Source: Mustelus asterias (taxonomy: Eukaryota). Taken from it: 64,000 nucleotides of DNA. The DNA is taken from the NCBI RefSeq assembly GCF_964213995.1, contig NW_027590338.1, positions 372,001 through 436,000 on the forward strand. The letters run 5' to 3'. The notes under the pieces are model-generated. The model was given only the letters and a program-made list of their open reading frames with translations. It was not told where the DNA came from and searched no databases. The translations under genes were made by a program, and so were the position numbers. Shown here piece by piece: positions 35,341-46,924 of the stretch (within the stretch, counting starts at the first letter, position 1; every line of letters begins with the position of its first letter).

Positions 35341-36486
35341 CAGTTTAATTCTAAGTCATTCTGAGTAAATATTCTCACCAGCTCCTCTGTTGGGGCCCTA
35401 CTAAGCAGCTTTAATGGTCTGTGATTGCAGAAACTGAGCAGTCACAGGAATGTGGTCAAGATAGTCCAGTCCCATAATGCCTCACATTCAATCTGCAGTC
35501 CTTCAATTATAACAGAATATGTGGCTGTATGTAGCTGCCTCGGCCATGGTCAACCCCAACACTGCCTTCTTGAACTGTTATAATGCCTGAGGTGTAGGTA
35601 CACCCACAGTGCTGTTAGGGAGGGATTTCCAGCTACACATTCCAGACTTTCACTGGACTGTAGGTGGATACCAGATTGACATATTCCATTCAACCACACC
35701 CAAGGTGAGTTATTCCAATTCCTTTATTGTCCAGGACAAGATATTCACAATATCTTTAAAACAGGAATTAAACATTCCCATTTGGTTTCAGGTCTTAACA
35801 TATTCTGTTAGTTTGTTCTTTATTGTTAATGTCAGGCTGGGGTTGGTCCTCTTGGAGCAAAGGAGGTTGAGGGGAGATTTGATAGAGGTGGACAAGATTC
35901 TGACATGTGCAGATAAGGTGGACAAAGAAAAGCTGTTCCCATTAGCTGATGGGACATGGACGAGGGGGACACAGATTTAAAGTTTCAGGTCAGAGATGTA
36001 GGGAGGGATCTGAGGAAGAATATTTTGATGCAGCGAATGGTAATGACCTGGAACTCGCTGCCTAGGAGGGTGGAGGAAATGGAGACAATAAACAATTACA
36101 AAGGAAATTGGATGGGCATCTGGGGGAGTTTCAAACAGAAATGCTGACTAAATATCTCTGAACTTCCTAACACACTGTCACTCTGTGATCCTTGTGAAAT
36201 TTGAAACCAGGTATTCGCAACAAGACTCAAAGAGCATCAGCCCACTGGAGGGAAAGTTGTGAGACCGGCCAGTCCAGCAGAAAGAAACCCTCCGACCCTC
36301 CCCATTGACCAACTGTGAGAATGAACAAAATGCAGTCCTGGATGTAATTGAGAGCAGAAACAATAACAGCAGAATCCAACCCCTGTGAACTTGTTGGTGC
36401 CTCAGCAGCTGTGATGAAATTCTGAACACTTTTTATACACTGAGCAGGTGGACAGTTTCTCCCCAGTATAAATTCACTGATGTCTC

Positions 36487-37305
36487 TCAACAGGTGGGAT
36501 GACTGAGTGAATTCCTTCCCACACTGAGAGCAGGTGAATGGGCTCTCCCCATGTGAATTTGCTGGTGTCTCTGCTGGGTGGATAACTGACTGAAACCCTT
36601 CCCACACTGAGAGCAGGTAAATGGTCTCTCCCCAGTGTGAACTCGCTGGTGTGTCCGCAGCTCGGATGACCGAGTGAATCTCTTCCCACACTGAGAGCAG
36701 GTGAATGGCCTCTCCCCGGTGTGAACTCGCTGATGTGTCCGCAGGTCGGATGACCGAGTGAAACCCTTCCCACACTGAGAGCAGGTGAATGGCCTCTCCC
36801 CAGTGTGAACTCGCTGGTGTGTCCGCAGGTCGGATGACCGAGTGAAACCCTTCCCACACTGAGAGCAGGTGAATGGCCTCTCCCCGGTGTGAACTCGCTG
36901 ATGTGTCCGCAGGTCGGATGACCGAGTGAATCTCTTCCCACAACGAGAGCAGATGAATGGCCTCTCCCCAGTATGAATTCGCATGTGTGTCCATAGATTG
37001 GATAACTGGTTGAATCCCTTCCTACACCGAGAGCAGGTGAACGGCCTCTCCCCAGTGTGAATTCGCTGGTGTCTCTGCAAAGTGGATAACACAGTGAATC
37101 CCTTTCCACACTGAGAGCAGGTGAACGGTCTCTCTCCGGTGTGAACTCGCTTGTGTGACTGCAGGCTGGGCAACAGAGCGAATCCCTCCCCACACTGAGA
37201 GCAGATGAATGGCCTCTCCCCAGTGTGGCTGCGCCGATGAGCATCCAGCAGAGAGGGGGCTCTGTATCTCTTTCCACAGTCTGCACATTTCCATGGTTTC
37301 TCCAT
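36487..37305 (-). CDS. C2H2 zinc-finger protein, 9 fingers, C-terminal frameshift (possibly pseudogenising)
   Basis: [10 protein letters not shown] at 37305; fingers 5-8 near-identical. The frame shifts at about 36550, with dead fingers continuing to about 36385. Confidence 0.75.
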   Translation of the reverse strand: MEKPWKCADCGKRYRAPSLLDAHRRSHTGERPFICSQCGEGFALLPSLQSHKRVHTGERPFTCSQCGKGFTVLSTLQRHQRIHTGERPFTCSRCRKGFNQLSNLWTHMRIHTGERPFICSRCGKRFTRSSDLRTHQRVHTGERPFTCSQCGKGFTRSSDLRTHQRVHTGERPFTCSQCGKGFTRSSDLRTHQRVHTGERPFTCSQCGKRFTRSSELRTHQRVHTGERPFTCSQCGKGFSQLSTQQRHQQIHMGRAHSPALSVGRNSLSHPTC

Positions 37306-37441
37306 GGTGCAGGTGTCCTTCCCTCTCCATTGGGTGGCCAATCAGTTGAAGCCTTGTCCACACACACAACACGGGTAGCGTCTCTCCCTGCTGTGAATGA
37401 TGTGATATTTATTCAGGCTGTGTAACTGGTTAAAGCTCTTT

Positions 37442-37538
37442 ATGTGGAGATGCCGGCGTTGGACTGGGGTAAACACAGTGGCTTTTGCTACCAAATAAAC
37501 CTGTTGGACTTTAACCTAGTGTTGTTAAACTTCTTACT
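37442..37538. mobile_element. Penelope-derived mini-element inserted in the ZNF leader
   Basis: ATGTGGAGATGCCGGCGTTGGACTGGGG plus the family tail; flanked by a TAAAGCTCT duplication. Confidence 0.7.
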
Positions 37539-37669
37539 AAAGCTCTGTAGTCAGTGCACTGGAACACTCTCACTCGGGTGTGGCAGTGTGTTGCTGCTTT
37601 TCCACTCACTGATGGCCGAAGTCTTTTCAAATCGAAGTGGAAGCTTTAATCTGAAGCTCAGTGGCCAAC

Positions 37670-38100
37670 TTCCGCATTGAGACGTCACAATGGAGCGCTG
37701 CCTGAATCAGCCAATAGGAATTACTCGGCTCCGCAGTGACGTGTCGGGGTTCCATGGCGCAGGCCCGGCTCGCGGACCCGGGAGCCCCGCCCCCACCCAT
37801 TGTTCCCCACCCCCTGCACCTCCTCCAGCCACGGTTTCCAGGCAACCGGCTGGCGGCTCCGGCCAGAGCGAGAAGCCGCTCGGTGATCTCCCCCTCCCCC
37901 CTCTCTCTCCTGCGGCTTCAAAAAGAGATCGAGAGCGGACCGCTGGCGGCAGCCGCACTGCGCCTGCTCCGGACAGCTGGGCTCAGCAGCGCTCTCTGCG
38001 CCTGCTCCGGACAGCTGGGCTCAGCAGCGCTCTCTGCGCCTGCTCCGGACAGCTCAACTCAGCAGCGCTCTCTGCGCCTGCGTGCTGGGCTGCCAGCTGA
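37670..38100. promoter_or_regulatory. CpG island, probably bidirectional; contains a 38-bp repeat x3
   Basis: CRE-like GACGTCA and GTGACGT, CCAAT, GC boxes; repeat CTGCGCCTGCTCCGGACAGCTGGGCTCAGCAGCGCTCT at about 37958-38080. Confidence 0.65.
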
Positions 38101-38193
38101 GGGAGTGGGGGAGGGGACTTTGCAAAATCTCTTCCCATCATTTTCTTCCAAGTCCCGCAGTTTGATTTGAAACAGAACAGCTTCTGTTTGTAG

Positions 38194-38675
38194 CTTCACC
38201 ACAGACTCAAACTTCACCACAGACTCAAACTTCACACACAGACTCAAACTTCACCACAGACTCAAACTTCACACACAGACTCAAACTTCACCACAGACTC
38301 AAACTTCACCACAGACTCAAACTTCACCACAGACTCAAACTTCACACACAGACTCAAACTTCACACACAGACTCAAACTTCACACACAGACTCAAACTTC
38401 ACCACAGACTCAAACTTCACCACAGACTCAAACTTCACACACAGACTCAAACTTCACCACAGACTCAAACTTCACCACAGACTCAAACTTCACACACAGA
38501 CTCAAACTTCACCACAGACTCAAACTTCACACACAGACTCAAACTTCACACACAGTCTCCAACTTCACACACAGACTCAAACTTCACACAGTCTCCAACT
38601 TCACACACAGACTCAAACTTCACACAGTCTCCAACTTCACCACAGACTCAAACTTCACACAGACTCAAACTTCAT
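38194..38675 (+). repeat. 18/19-bp minisatellite, ~26 copies
   Basis: CTTCACCACAGACTCAAA and CTTCACACACAGACTCAAA variants interspersed. Confidence 0.95.
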
Positions 38676-39035
38676 CCTCTGGACAACATCTGTGAGGAAA
38701 ACACTTTCTTTCTCCCCCTGGGAAATACAGAGACAGAGAAATTCTCTGGAACTGGAATTAGAGCCAATATACTGAGGGGGAAACTGTGATTTTGTGGAAC
38801 CTGTTTTTATTGTCTGAGCTTTTTAAAGTGTAATTTATCCTGTCTATTCAAATACTGTTTCTTAATGCATGATTCAGTGATGTTAGTTTTAGGTTAATTT
38901 TTAAAGTAAAAATTTAAATAAATGAAACATTGTCTTTTAGTTTATTCCAATGGGATTTGTGGGAATTTGTTTATTATAAGGTGACCATGAGGATCGTAAC
39001 AACATTGATATGTCTGGTTTTTGTATATGGTGCAT

Positions 39036-39235
39036 ATGTGGAGATGCCGGTGTTGGACTGGGGTGGGCACAGTAAGAAGTCTCACAACACCTGGTTAAAG
39101 TCCAACGGGTTTATTTGGAATCACGAGCTTTCAGAGCACTGCTCCTTCTCACCTGATGAAGGGGCAGCGCTCTGAAAGCTTGTGATTCCAAATAAACCTG
39201 TTGGACTTTAACCTGGTGTTGTGAGACTTCTTACT
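39036..39235. mobile_element. Palindromic Penelope-derived mini-element with hammerhead motif
   Basis: Inverted arms around TCAC-CTGATGA-A-GGGGC-AGC-GCTCT-GAAAGCTT-GTGA (39149-39185); target duplication TATATGGTGCATAT (39024-39037 and 39235-39248). Confidence 0.8.
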
Positions 39236-39804
39236 ATATGGTGCATATTAGGTATGTTATTTATGGATTTGTATTACAGTTGATGTTGTTTAATTCCAGA
39301 ATAGTATTGTAACTACTCTGTATATTTTCCAGTCAAAGAGTCATCAGAGCACAAGATAAATCAATTCAGCAGCTTGAGTCCGTGCCAAGTCTCTGTCGGG
39401 GAATCCACTCAGTGCCATTTTTCCTCGATATCCCTGTTCCCCAGTACGTTTAATTCCTTCAAGTGCCCGACCAATTTCATTTTGAAATCACTGGTCGTCT
39501 CCACTTCCACCACTCTCATCGTCAGTGAGTTCCAGAACATGATTGCTTGCTCCCTAAGTCAAGTTCTTCCGCACCCATCTGTATCTCTAATCATGTAATA
39601 GAGTGCTGAATATTGCTTACATTTTTAGTTCACTAAATATGCAATTTTTTTATCTGCTTAGACACAAGCCTGTGTGAAGATTTCAGGAATATGTGTCCTG
39701 TACATGAAACAGTCAGCACGGATCTGTCGATTAGGATGAATCAGCACCCTCAGGACAATGTCTATTTCAGGTCGAGCAAAGTGAGAATGGAGGGAGAGTG
39801 TTTA

Positions 39805-40270
39805 GAACATAGAACATAGAACATAGAAAGCCACAGCACAAACAGGCCCTTCGGCCCACAAGTTGCGCCGATCACATCCCCACCTCTAGGCCTATCTATA
39901 GCCCTCAATCCCATTAAATCCCATGTACTCATCCAGAAGTCTCTTAAAAGACCCCAACGAGTTTGCCTCCACCACCACCGACGTCAGCCGATTCCACTCA
40001 CCCACCACCCTCTGAGTGAAAAACTTACCCCTGACATCCCCCCTGTACCTACCCCCCAGCACCTTAAACCTGTGTCCTCTCGTAGCAACCATTTCAGCCC
40101 TTGGAAATAGCCTCTGAGAGTCCACCCTATCCAGACCCCTCAACATCTTGTAAACCTCTATCAGGTCACCTCTCATCCTTCGTCTCTCCAGGGAGAAGAG
40201 ACCAAGCTCCCTCAACCTATCCTCATAAGGCATGCCCCCCAATCCAGGCAACATCCTTGTAAATCTCCTA
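39805..40270 (-). mobile_element. CR1 3' fragment in a ZNF intron
   Basis: ORF 39892-40254 with CR1 C-terminal motifs; (TTCTATG)n tail. Confidence 0.9.
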
Positions 40271-40407
40271 CATCCTTGTAAATCTGGGATGGAGATTTAC
40301 AAATTTTCAAGAATGAGAGGAAAGAATGTTCCACAGAAACTAGAATTGTCTGTTCTGAGTTTTTATCCTGTACTGACAGCAATGATTTTTGTGAATTTCT
40401 TTCACAG

Positions 40408-40680
40408 TCTATTAGAAGGGGAGAATTTACAGACACAAATCTCAACAAACATGACGTTAGGATCTGACAGAGTCACCAAATTATTTAGGATCTGAATACC
40501 ATCGGCATCTGAAACTGGAATGGAAAATGTTTGTCTGTTCCTTCAAACTGTTTAAACATCAGTGTGACTGGAAAATCACTGAGACACATACACTCGAGTG
40601 AGAGTATTCCAGTGAACTGACTGTGGAAAGAGCTTTAACCAGTTACACAGCCTGGAAAAGATCAAAGGATTCACAGTGAG
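40408..40680 (+). pseudogene. Truncated ZNF exon 2 (leader only)
   Basis: Family acceptor at 40406-40407 and dead-finger leader; truncated before the MEKPWKC start. Confidence 0.75.
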
Positions 40681-40892
40681 AAGAGTGGCCATGTATGTGT
40701 TACCTGTTATTATGTTTGAGATATTAAAAAGAGTCAACACAGTGTGTGAGTTTGACGCAAAGCTGATTTATTTGACTTTTAGTGAGAATATTAGCCCCTA
40801 AAGTGGCTGGGGTTTATTACCAGTGTAAACGGACCCTAATGAAGATGGTTCAATCCTGAATGTGAGTAACAGCAACATCCAATCACTGTGGT

Positions 40893-41439
<547 letters not shown>

Positions 41440-41445
41440 GAGAGG

Positions 41446-42906
41446 CTACAGGCGGGGTGTTGGGCAATTTGGAAGCTGCTGTTCTCCCACTGAAAGCGGA
41501 GGGAGTGGCCCACCGTACTGTAGGGTTACACTCTTCAAGTGGACCATGAAATTTAGTCCGAGGAGTATTGGCGCGCAAAGGTACGGCAACACCAGGAGCT
41601 TGAAGCGCTCGTAAACCGTGCCTTGCACCGTTAAATTTACCACGCAACTCCCTAGCACGGTGACAGACCGGGACCTTGATGCCATGGAAATTGTCTGTTT
41701 GACAGGTTGGATCTGGAGGCCACACCGCTTCACAGCGTCTGGGTGAATAAAGCTCTCAGTGCTCCCGCTGTCAAACAGACAATAAATCAAGTGGTTGTTT
41801 ACCTGAATGTCCATCATAGACTTGTCAAGTCTGTGCGGCTTGGCCTGGTCCAGGATGATCGACGCCACCGTTGGTTCGTGAGCGCCACTGCAGGCAGCTG
41901 AGATAGACGAAGATGACCCCTGTTGGTTGTTTGCGGTCGGTGCCGACCAACATGGCCGCTCCCATAGGTCGCATGTGGGTGATGGCGCCAAAATCAGCGA
42001 CCCCTGGTGGTCACGCATCTCCGACTCCGTCGACTGTAATGGCGTCGTCCTGGCCTCGCACGTGGACGAAACCCTCAACGAAGAACCGGGCTCCGGGGAG
42101 CCACAGGCCGCACTGCTGTTCCTAGAAGTAAGTTTAGACCGGCATACTTGCGAATAGTGCTCCTTCTTACCGCAGGTGGAGCACAACACAGCTTTAGCGG
42201 GACACCGTTGCAGAGTATGCTTCGCTCCCCCACAGAAGTAACACCGCGGGCCGCCCGGAGCTGCTGCCGTCGTCAGGCCCGAGTGTGGGCACACCATCAC
42301 GCAGCTTTTCGAACCCGAGGGACGAGGAGGGATCAGCAACTGCTCCTGCCACGTTGTCTTCACGTGGTCTTCAGGATACAATACTAGGCTTTTGGAGGCC
42401 GTCTCCAACGTATCCGCTCGTTCTATTGACTTAGTGAGGTCAAGATTACCTTGCTCCAGCAGTCTGAGTCGGATATAAGATGATCCGATTCCCGCCACAA
42501 ACGCATCTCGAGCGAGGTTGTTCATATTCTGGTCTGCCGACACTGCTTTGCAGTTACAGCCCCTGGCTAGCTGTAGGAGCTCGTTCGCGTATTCTTCCAT
42601 CGTTTCGCCGGGCTGCCGTTGTCGAGTGGCTAAGAGGTATCGAGCATGCATTTCCTTTGGCGGTTTAATGTAACGCTTCTTAAGAAGCTCGAGGGCCCTT
42701 GTGTAGTCGGTGGCCGCACGGATCGCGAGGTATACGGTGTCGCTTACCCTCGCATGGAGGACCCGGAGTCTGTCTTCGTCTGTGGTGACCGCTGCGGAGG
42801 CTGCCAGGTAGTCCTCAAAACATTTCAACCAGTGGTCGAAGGTGTTAGAGGCGCCTGCCGCACGTGGATCCAGTGTAAGACGTTCAGGTTTTAACATCTG
42901 CTCCAT
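41446..42906 (-). mobile_element. Ty3/Gypsy-type LTR retrotransposon gag-protease ORF (pol truncated)
   Basis: 486-aa ORF with a Gag-like N-terminus, two CCHC knuckles (CYFCGGAKHTLQRC, CSTCGKKEHYSQVC) and aspartic protease motif LFDSGS. No RT, RNase H or integrase. Confidence 0.9.
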
Positions 42907-42965
42907 ACTCTCTGTATCGTTTTCTTTTTTTTTACGACGAGAGTTTACTTAACAGTAAATAAAAT

Positions 42966-43295
42966 TGATGCGCGTTATCACACACGAGGCTTGAGATGCT
43001 CAGGAAATAAAGGCTTTTATTTACTGTTACAATGAAGCTACTATGTATAGTACACGATCCCAGACTGAGGGGTCCCAGACAGAGCAGTGATCTTTTTACC
43101 TCTCCCAGGAGGCGGAGCCCGACTGGGATGTACCATAATAACTATAATACAAGTGTAACAGCCCAACCCTAACCCCAACAGCAACAAGTAGAACAACCCA
43201 ACCCTAACCCCAACAGCAACATATATACATACTTGTAGTACTGGCCAGACCCTAGCTCAGTACTATCTAGTGGGAACCAACGATGGTTCACCACA
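42966..43295 (-). mobile_element. 5' LTR of the Gypsy element (~330 bp, TG...CA)
   Basis: Minus strand starts TGTGGTGAACC and ends CGCGCATCA, about 60 nt before the gag ATG; contains a GC box, TATA-like GGTAAAAAG and AATAAA. There is no second LTR in the window to confirm the ends. Confidence 0.7.
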
Positions 43296-43927
43296 CTAAA
43301 TTGTACCCTCGGTTCCAAGATGGCGCCAGAGTGAGGCGACTTCTTGCAAGCTGTGCCCAGCATAACTTCTAATTCTTTTACTCTTGTTCTATGCTTCTGA
43401 AACTTCATTCTAACTCTTTTAAAGTCTCTAACAATGCTTTCATTCAAATTCTTACAGATTTGGTGATTCTTCGGACCCTGGAGACACCCGATTTGACTGA
43501 CGTGGAATTGCCCCGGAGCAGCTGCCCATGTGAGCAGCAGCAGCAGCCGGCGCTGCAGCCCCAGATCCGGGGATTCCTCCACAGCGGCTTCCAGAGACCA
43601 GGAAAATGCCCCAGACGCCTGGGCCGACATTCGGAGGACTCCTAGAGCCCAGGAAAATGCCGCGGGAGCCGCGACTTCACTCTGTTGGTCCCCAACGACC
43701 AGACCGACATCCCTGTGGCTGGAAGCCTCTCTCCTCCCAACTCCTCTGAGTCGGAGAGCTGCAACCTCCTGCAGGCTCCAAGCACAACCTTCCACAGTCG
43801 CCTCACTCCTAAAAATAAATTCTCACAGCCGAACAATCACTAACACTGCTCTTTTAAATTTACTTGCAGGTCTCGAGATCCTCCGAAAGAAGACCCCGAC
43901 CTGACAGTGACCCAGTGCACCCCGATA

Positions 43928-46358
43928 CAAAGGACAAAGAAAATTACAGCACAGGAACAGACCCTTCGGCCCTCCAAGCCTGCACCGACCATGCTGCCCG
44001 ACTTAACTAAAACCTCCTACCTTTCCGGGGACCGTATCCCTCTATTCCCATTTCATGTATTTGTCCAGACGCCCCTTAAAAGTCACTATCGTATCTGCTT
44101 CCACGACCTCCCCCGACAGCGAGTTTCAGGCACCCACCACCCTCTGTGTCAAAAACGTGCCAAGTGCATCTCCTTTAAACATTGCCTCTTGCACCTTAAA
44201 CCTGTGCCCCCTAGTAATTGACTCTTCCACCCTGGGAAAAAGCTTCTGACTATCCACTCTGTCCATGCCCCTCATAATCTTGTAGACTTCTATCAGGTCG
44301 CCCCTCAACCTCTGTCGTTCCAGTGAGGACAAACCAAAATTCTCCAACCTCTCCTCATAGCTAATGCCCTCCATGCCAAGCAACATTCTGGTAAATCTTT
44401 TCTGTACCCTCTTCAAAGCCTCCACATCCTTCTGGGAGTGTGGCGACCAGAATTGAACACTATATGCCAAGTGCGGTCCAACTAAGGTTCTATAAAACTG
44501 CAACATGACTTACCAATTTTTAAACTCAATGCCCTGGCTGATGAAGGCAAGCATGCAGTATGCCTTCTTGACTACCTTCTCCACCTGCATTGCCACTTTC
44601 AATGACCTGTGTACCTGTACACCCAGATCCCTCCATTAAGGGTTCTGCCATTTACTATATATTTCCTATCTGTATTAGACCTTCCAAAATGCATGACCTC
44701 ACATTTGTCCGGATTAAACTCCACCTGGTATTTCTCCGCCCAAGTCTCCAACCAATCTATATCCTGCTGTATCCTCTGATGGTCCTCATCGCTATCAGCA
44801 AATCCACAAACCTTTGTGTCATCCGCAAACTTACGAATCAAACCAGTTACGTTTTCCTCCAAATCATTTATATATATTACAAACAGCAAAGGTCCCAGCA
44901 CTGATCCCTGAGGAACACCACTTGTCACAGCCCTCCATTCAGAAATGCACCCTTCCACTGCTACCCTCTGTCTTCTATGACCGAGCCAGTTCTGTAGCCA
45001 CCTTGCCAGCTCACCTCTGATCCCATGCGACTTCACCTTCTGCACCAGTCTGCCATGAGGGATCTTGTCAAAGGCCTTACTGAAGTCCATGCAGACAACA
45101 TCCACTGCCCTACCCTCATCAATCATCTTTGTCACTTCCTCGAAAAACTCGATCAAGTTAGTGAGACACGACCTCCCCTTCACAAAACCATGTTGCCTCT
45201 CACTTATAGGTCCACTTATTTCCAAGTGGGAGTAAATCCAGTCTCGAAGAATCCTCTCCAATAATTTCCCTACCACTGATGTATGGCTCACTGGCCTGTA
45301 ATTACCCGGATTATTCTTGCTACCCTTCTTAAACAAAGGAACAACATTGGCTATTCTCCAATCCTCTGGGACCTCCCCTGTAGCCAGTGAGGATACAAAG
45401 ATTTCTCTCAAGGCCCCAGCAATTTCCTTCCTCGCCTCTCTCAGTATTCCGGGGTATATCCCATCAGGCCCTCGGGACTTGTCTACCTTAATGTTTCTCA
45501 AGAACCCCATTACCTCCTCCTTTTTGATCTCAACATAACTCACACTATCTACACATCCTTTCCCAGACTCATCATCCACCAAGTCCTTCTCTTTGGTGAA
45601 TACTGATGTAAAGTACTCACCCATTTCCTTTGGCTCTATGCATAGATTCCCTCCCCTCTCCTTGAGTGGGCCAACCCTCTCCCTGGCTACCCTCTTGCTC
45701 TTTATATATGTATAAAAAGCCTTGGGATTTTCCTTAATCCTGCTGGCCTATGATTTTTCGTGACCCCTTTTAACCCTCCTGACTCCTTGCTTAAGTTTCT
45801 TTCTACTTCCCTTGTATTCCACACTTGCTTTGTGTGTTCCCAGCCTCCTAGCCTTGACAAATGCTTCTTTTTTCTCTTTGACAAGGCTCACAATATCTCT
45901 TGTTATCCAAGGTTCCCAAACCTTGCCATACTTATCCTTCATCCTTACAGGAATGTGCCGGTCCTGAATCCCTATCAACTTACACTTGAAAGCCTCCCAC
46001 ATGCCAGATGTTGATTTGCCCTCAAACATCTGCCCCCAATCTACATTCTTCAGTTTCTGCTGATATTGTTGTAATTTGCCTTCCCCCAATTTAGCACCTT
46101 GAGGACTACACTTATCTTTATCCATCAGTACCTTAAAGCTTTCTGAATTGTGGTCACTGTTCCTGAACTGCTTCCTTACTGAAACATCGACCACCTGGCC
46201 GGGCTCATTCCCCAATACCAGGTCCAGTATGGCCCCTTCCCACATACTGTTTCAGGAAGCCCTCCTGGATGCTCCTTACAAACTCTGCCCCATCCACGCC
46301 CCTAGCACTAAGTGAGTCCCAGTCAATATAGGGGAAATTAAAATCTCCCACCACAACA
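43928..46358 (-). mobile_element. Degenerate CR1 LINE (endonuclease end to tail, several frameshifts)
   Basis: ORFs 46205-46358, 45748-46245, 44599-45624 and 44126-44506 tile ORF2 (VVGDFNFP..., NYRPVS, FADD, RGDLIEVYK). Confidence 0.92.
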
Positions 46359-46924
46359 AGCCATGACCATAATGAATGACAGGGAATGCTCAAAGGGCTG
46401 AATGGCCTACTTCTAGTTCTATTTTCTATGTATGTTTCTATGTAAACATGAGGAGCCTGGGGCTGAAGTGTAACGAAAAGACTATAAGACATCAGAGCAA
46501 AATTAGGCCACTCAGCCCATTGAGTCTGCTCCACCATTCAATCATGGCTGATATTTTTCTCATCCTCATTCTCCTACCTTTTCCCCACAACCCCAATCCG
46601 CTTATTTATCAAGAACATATCTATCTCCGTCTTAAAGACACTCAATGATCTGGCCTCCACAGCCTTCTGCTACAAAGAGTTCCACAGATTCACCACTCTC
46701 TGGCTGAAGAAATTCCTCCTCATCTGTTTTAAAGGATCGTCCCTTTAGTCTGAGGTTGTGCCCTCTGGTTCTAGTTTTTCCTACTCGTGGAAACATCCTC
46801 TCCACGTCCACTCTGTCCAGGCCTCGCAGTATCCTGTAAGTTTCAATAAGTTCCTCCTCAACCTTCTAAACTCCAACGAGTACAAAAGCCGTGTCACCGC
46901 TTCATGTAAGTATTCAGGGATGCA

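Noticed and set aside
43310-43920. GC-rich stretch with several ORFs beginning near AAGATGGCGCC
   Set aside because: May be the 5' end of another retroelement or a decayed promoter, but I could not recognise a domain or boundary.
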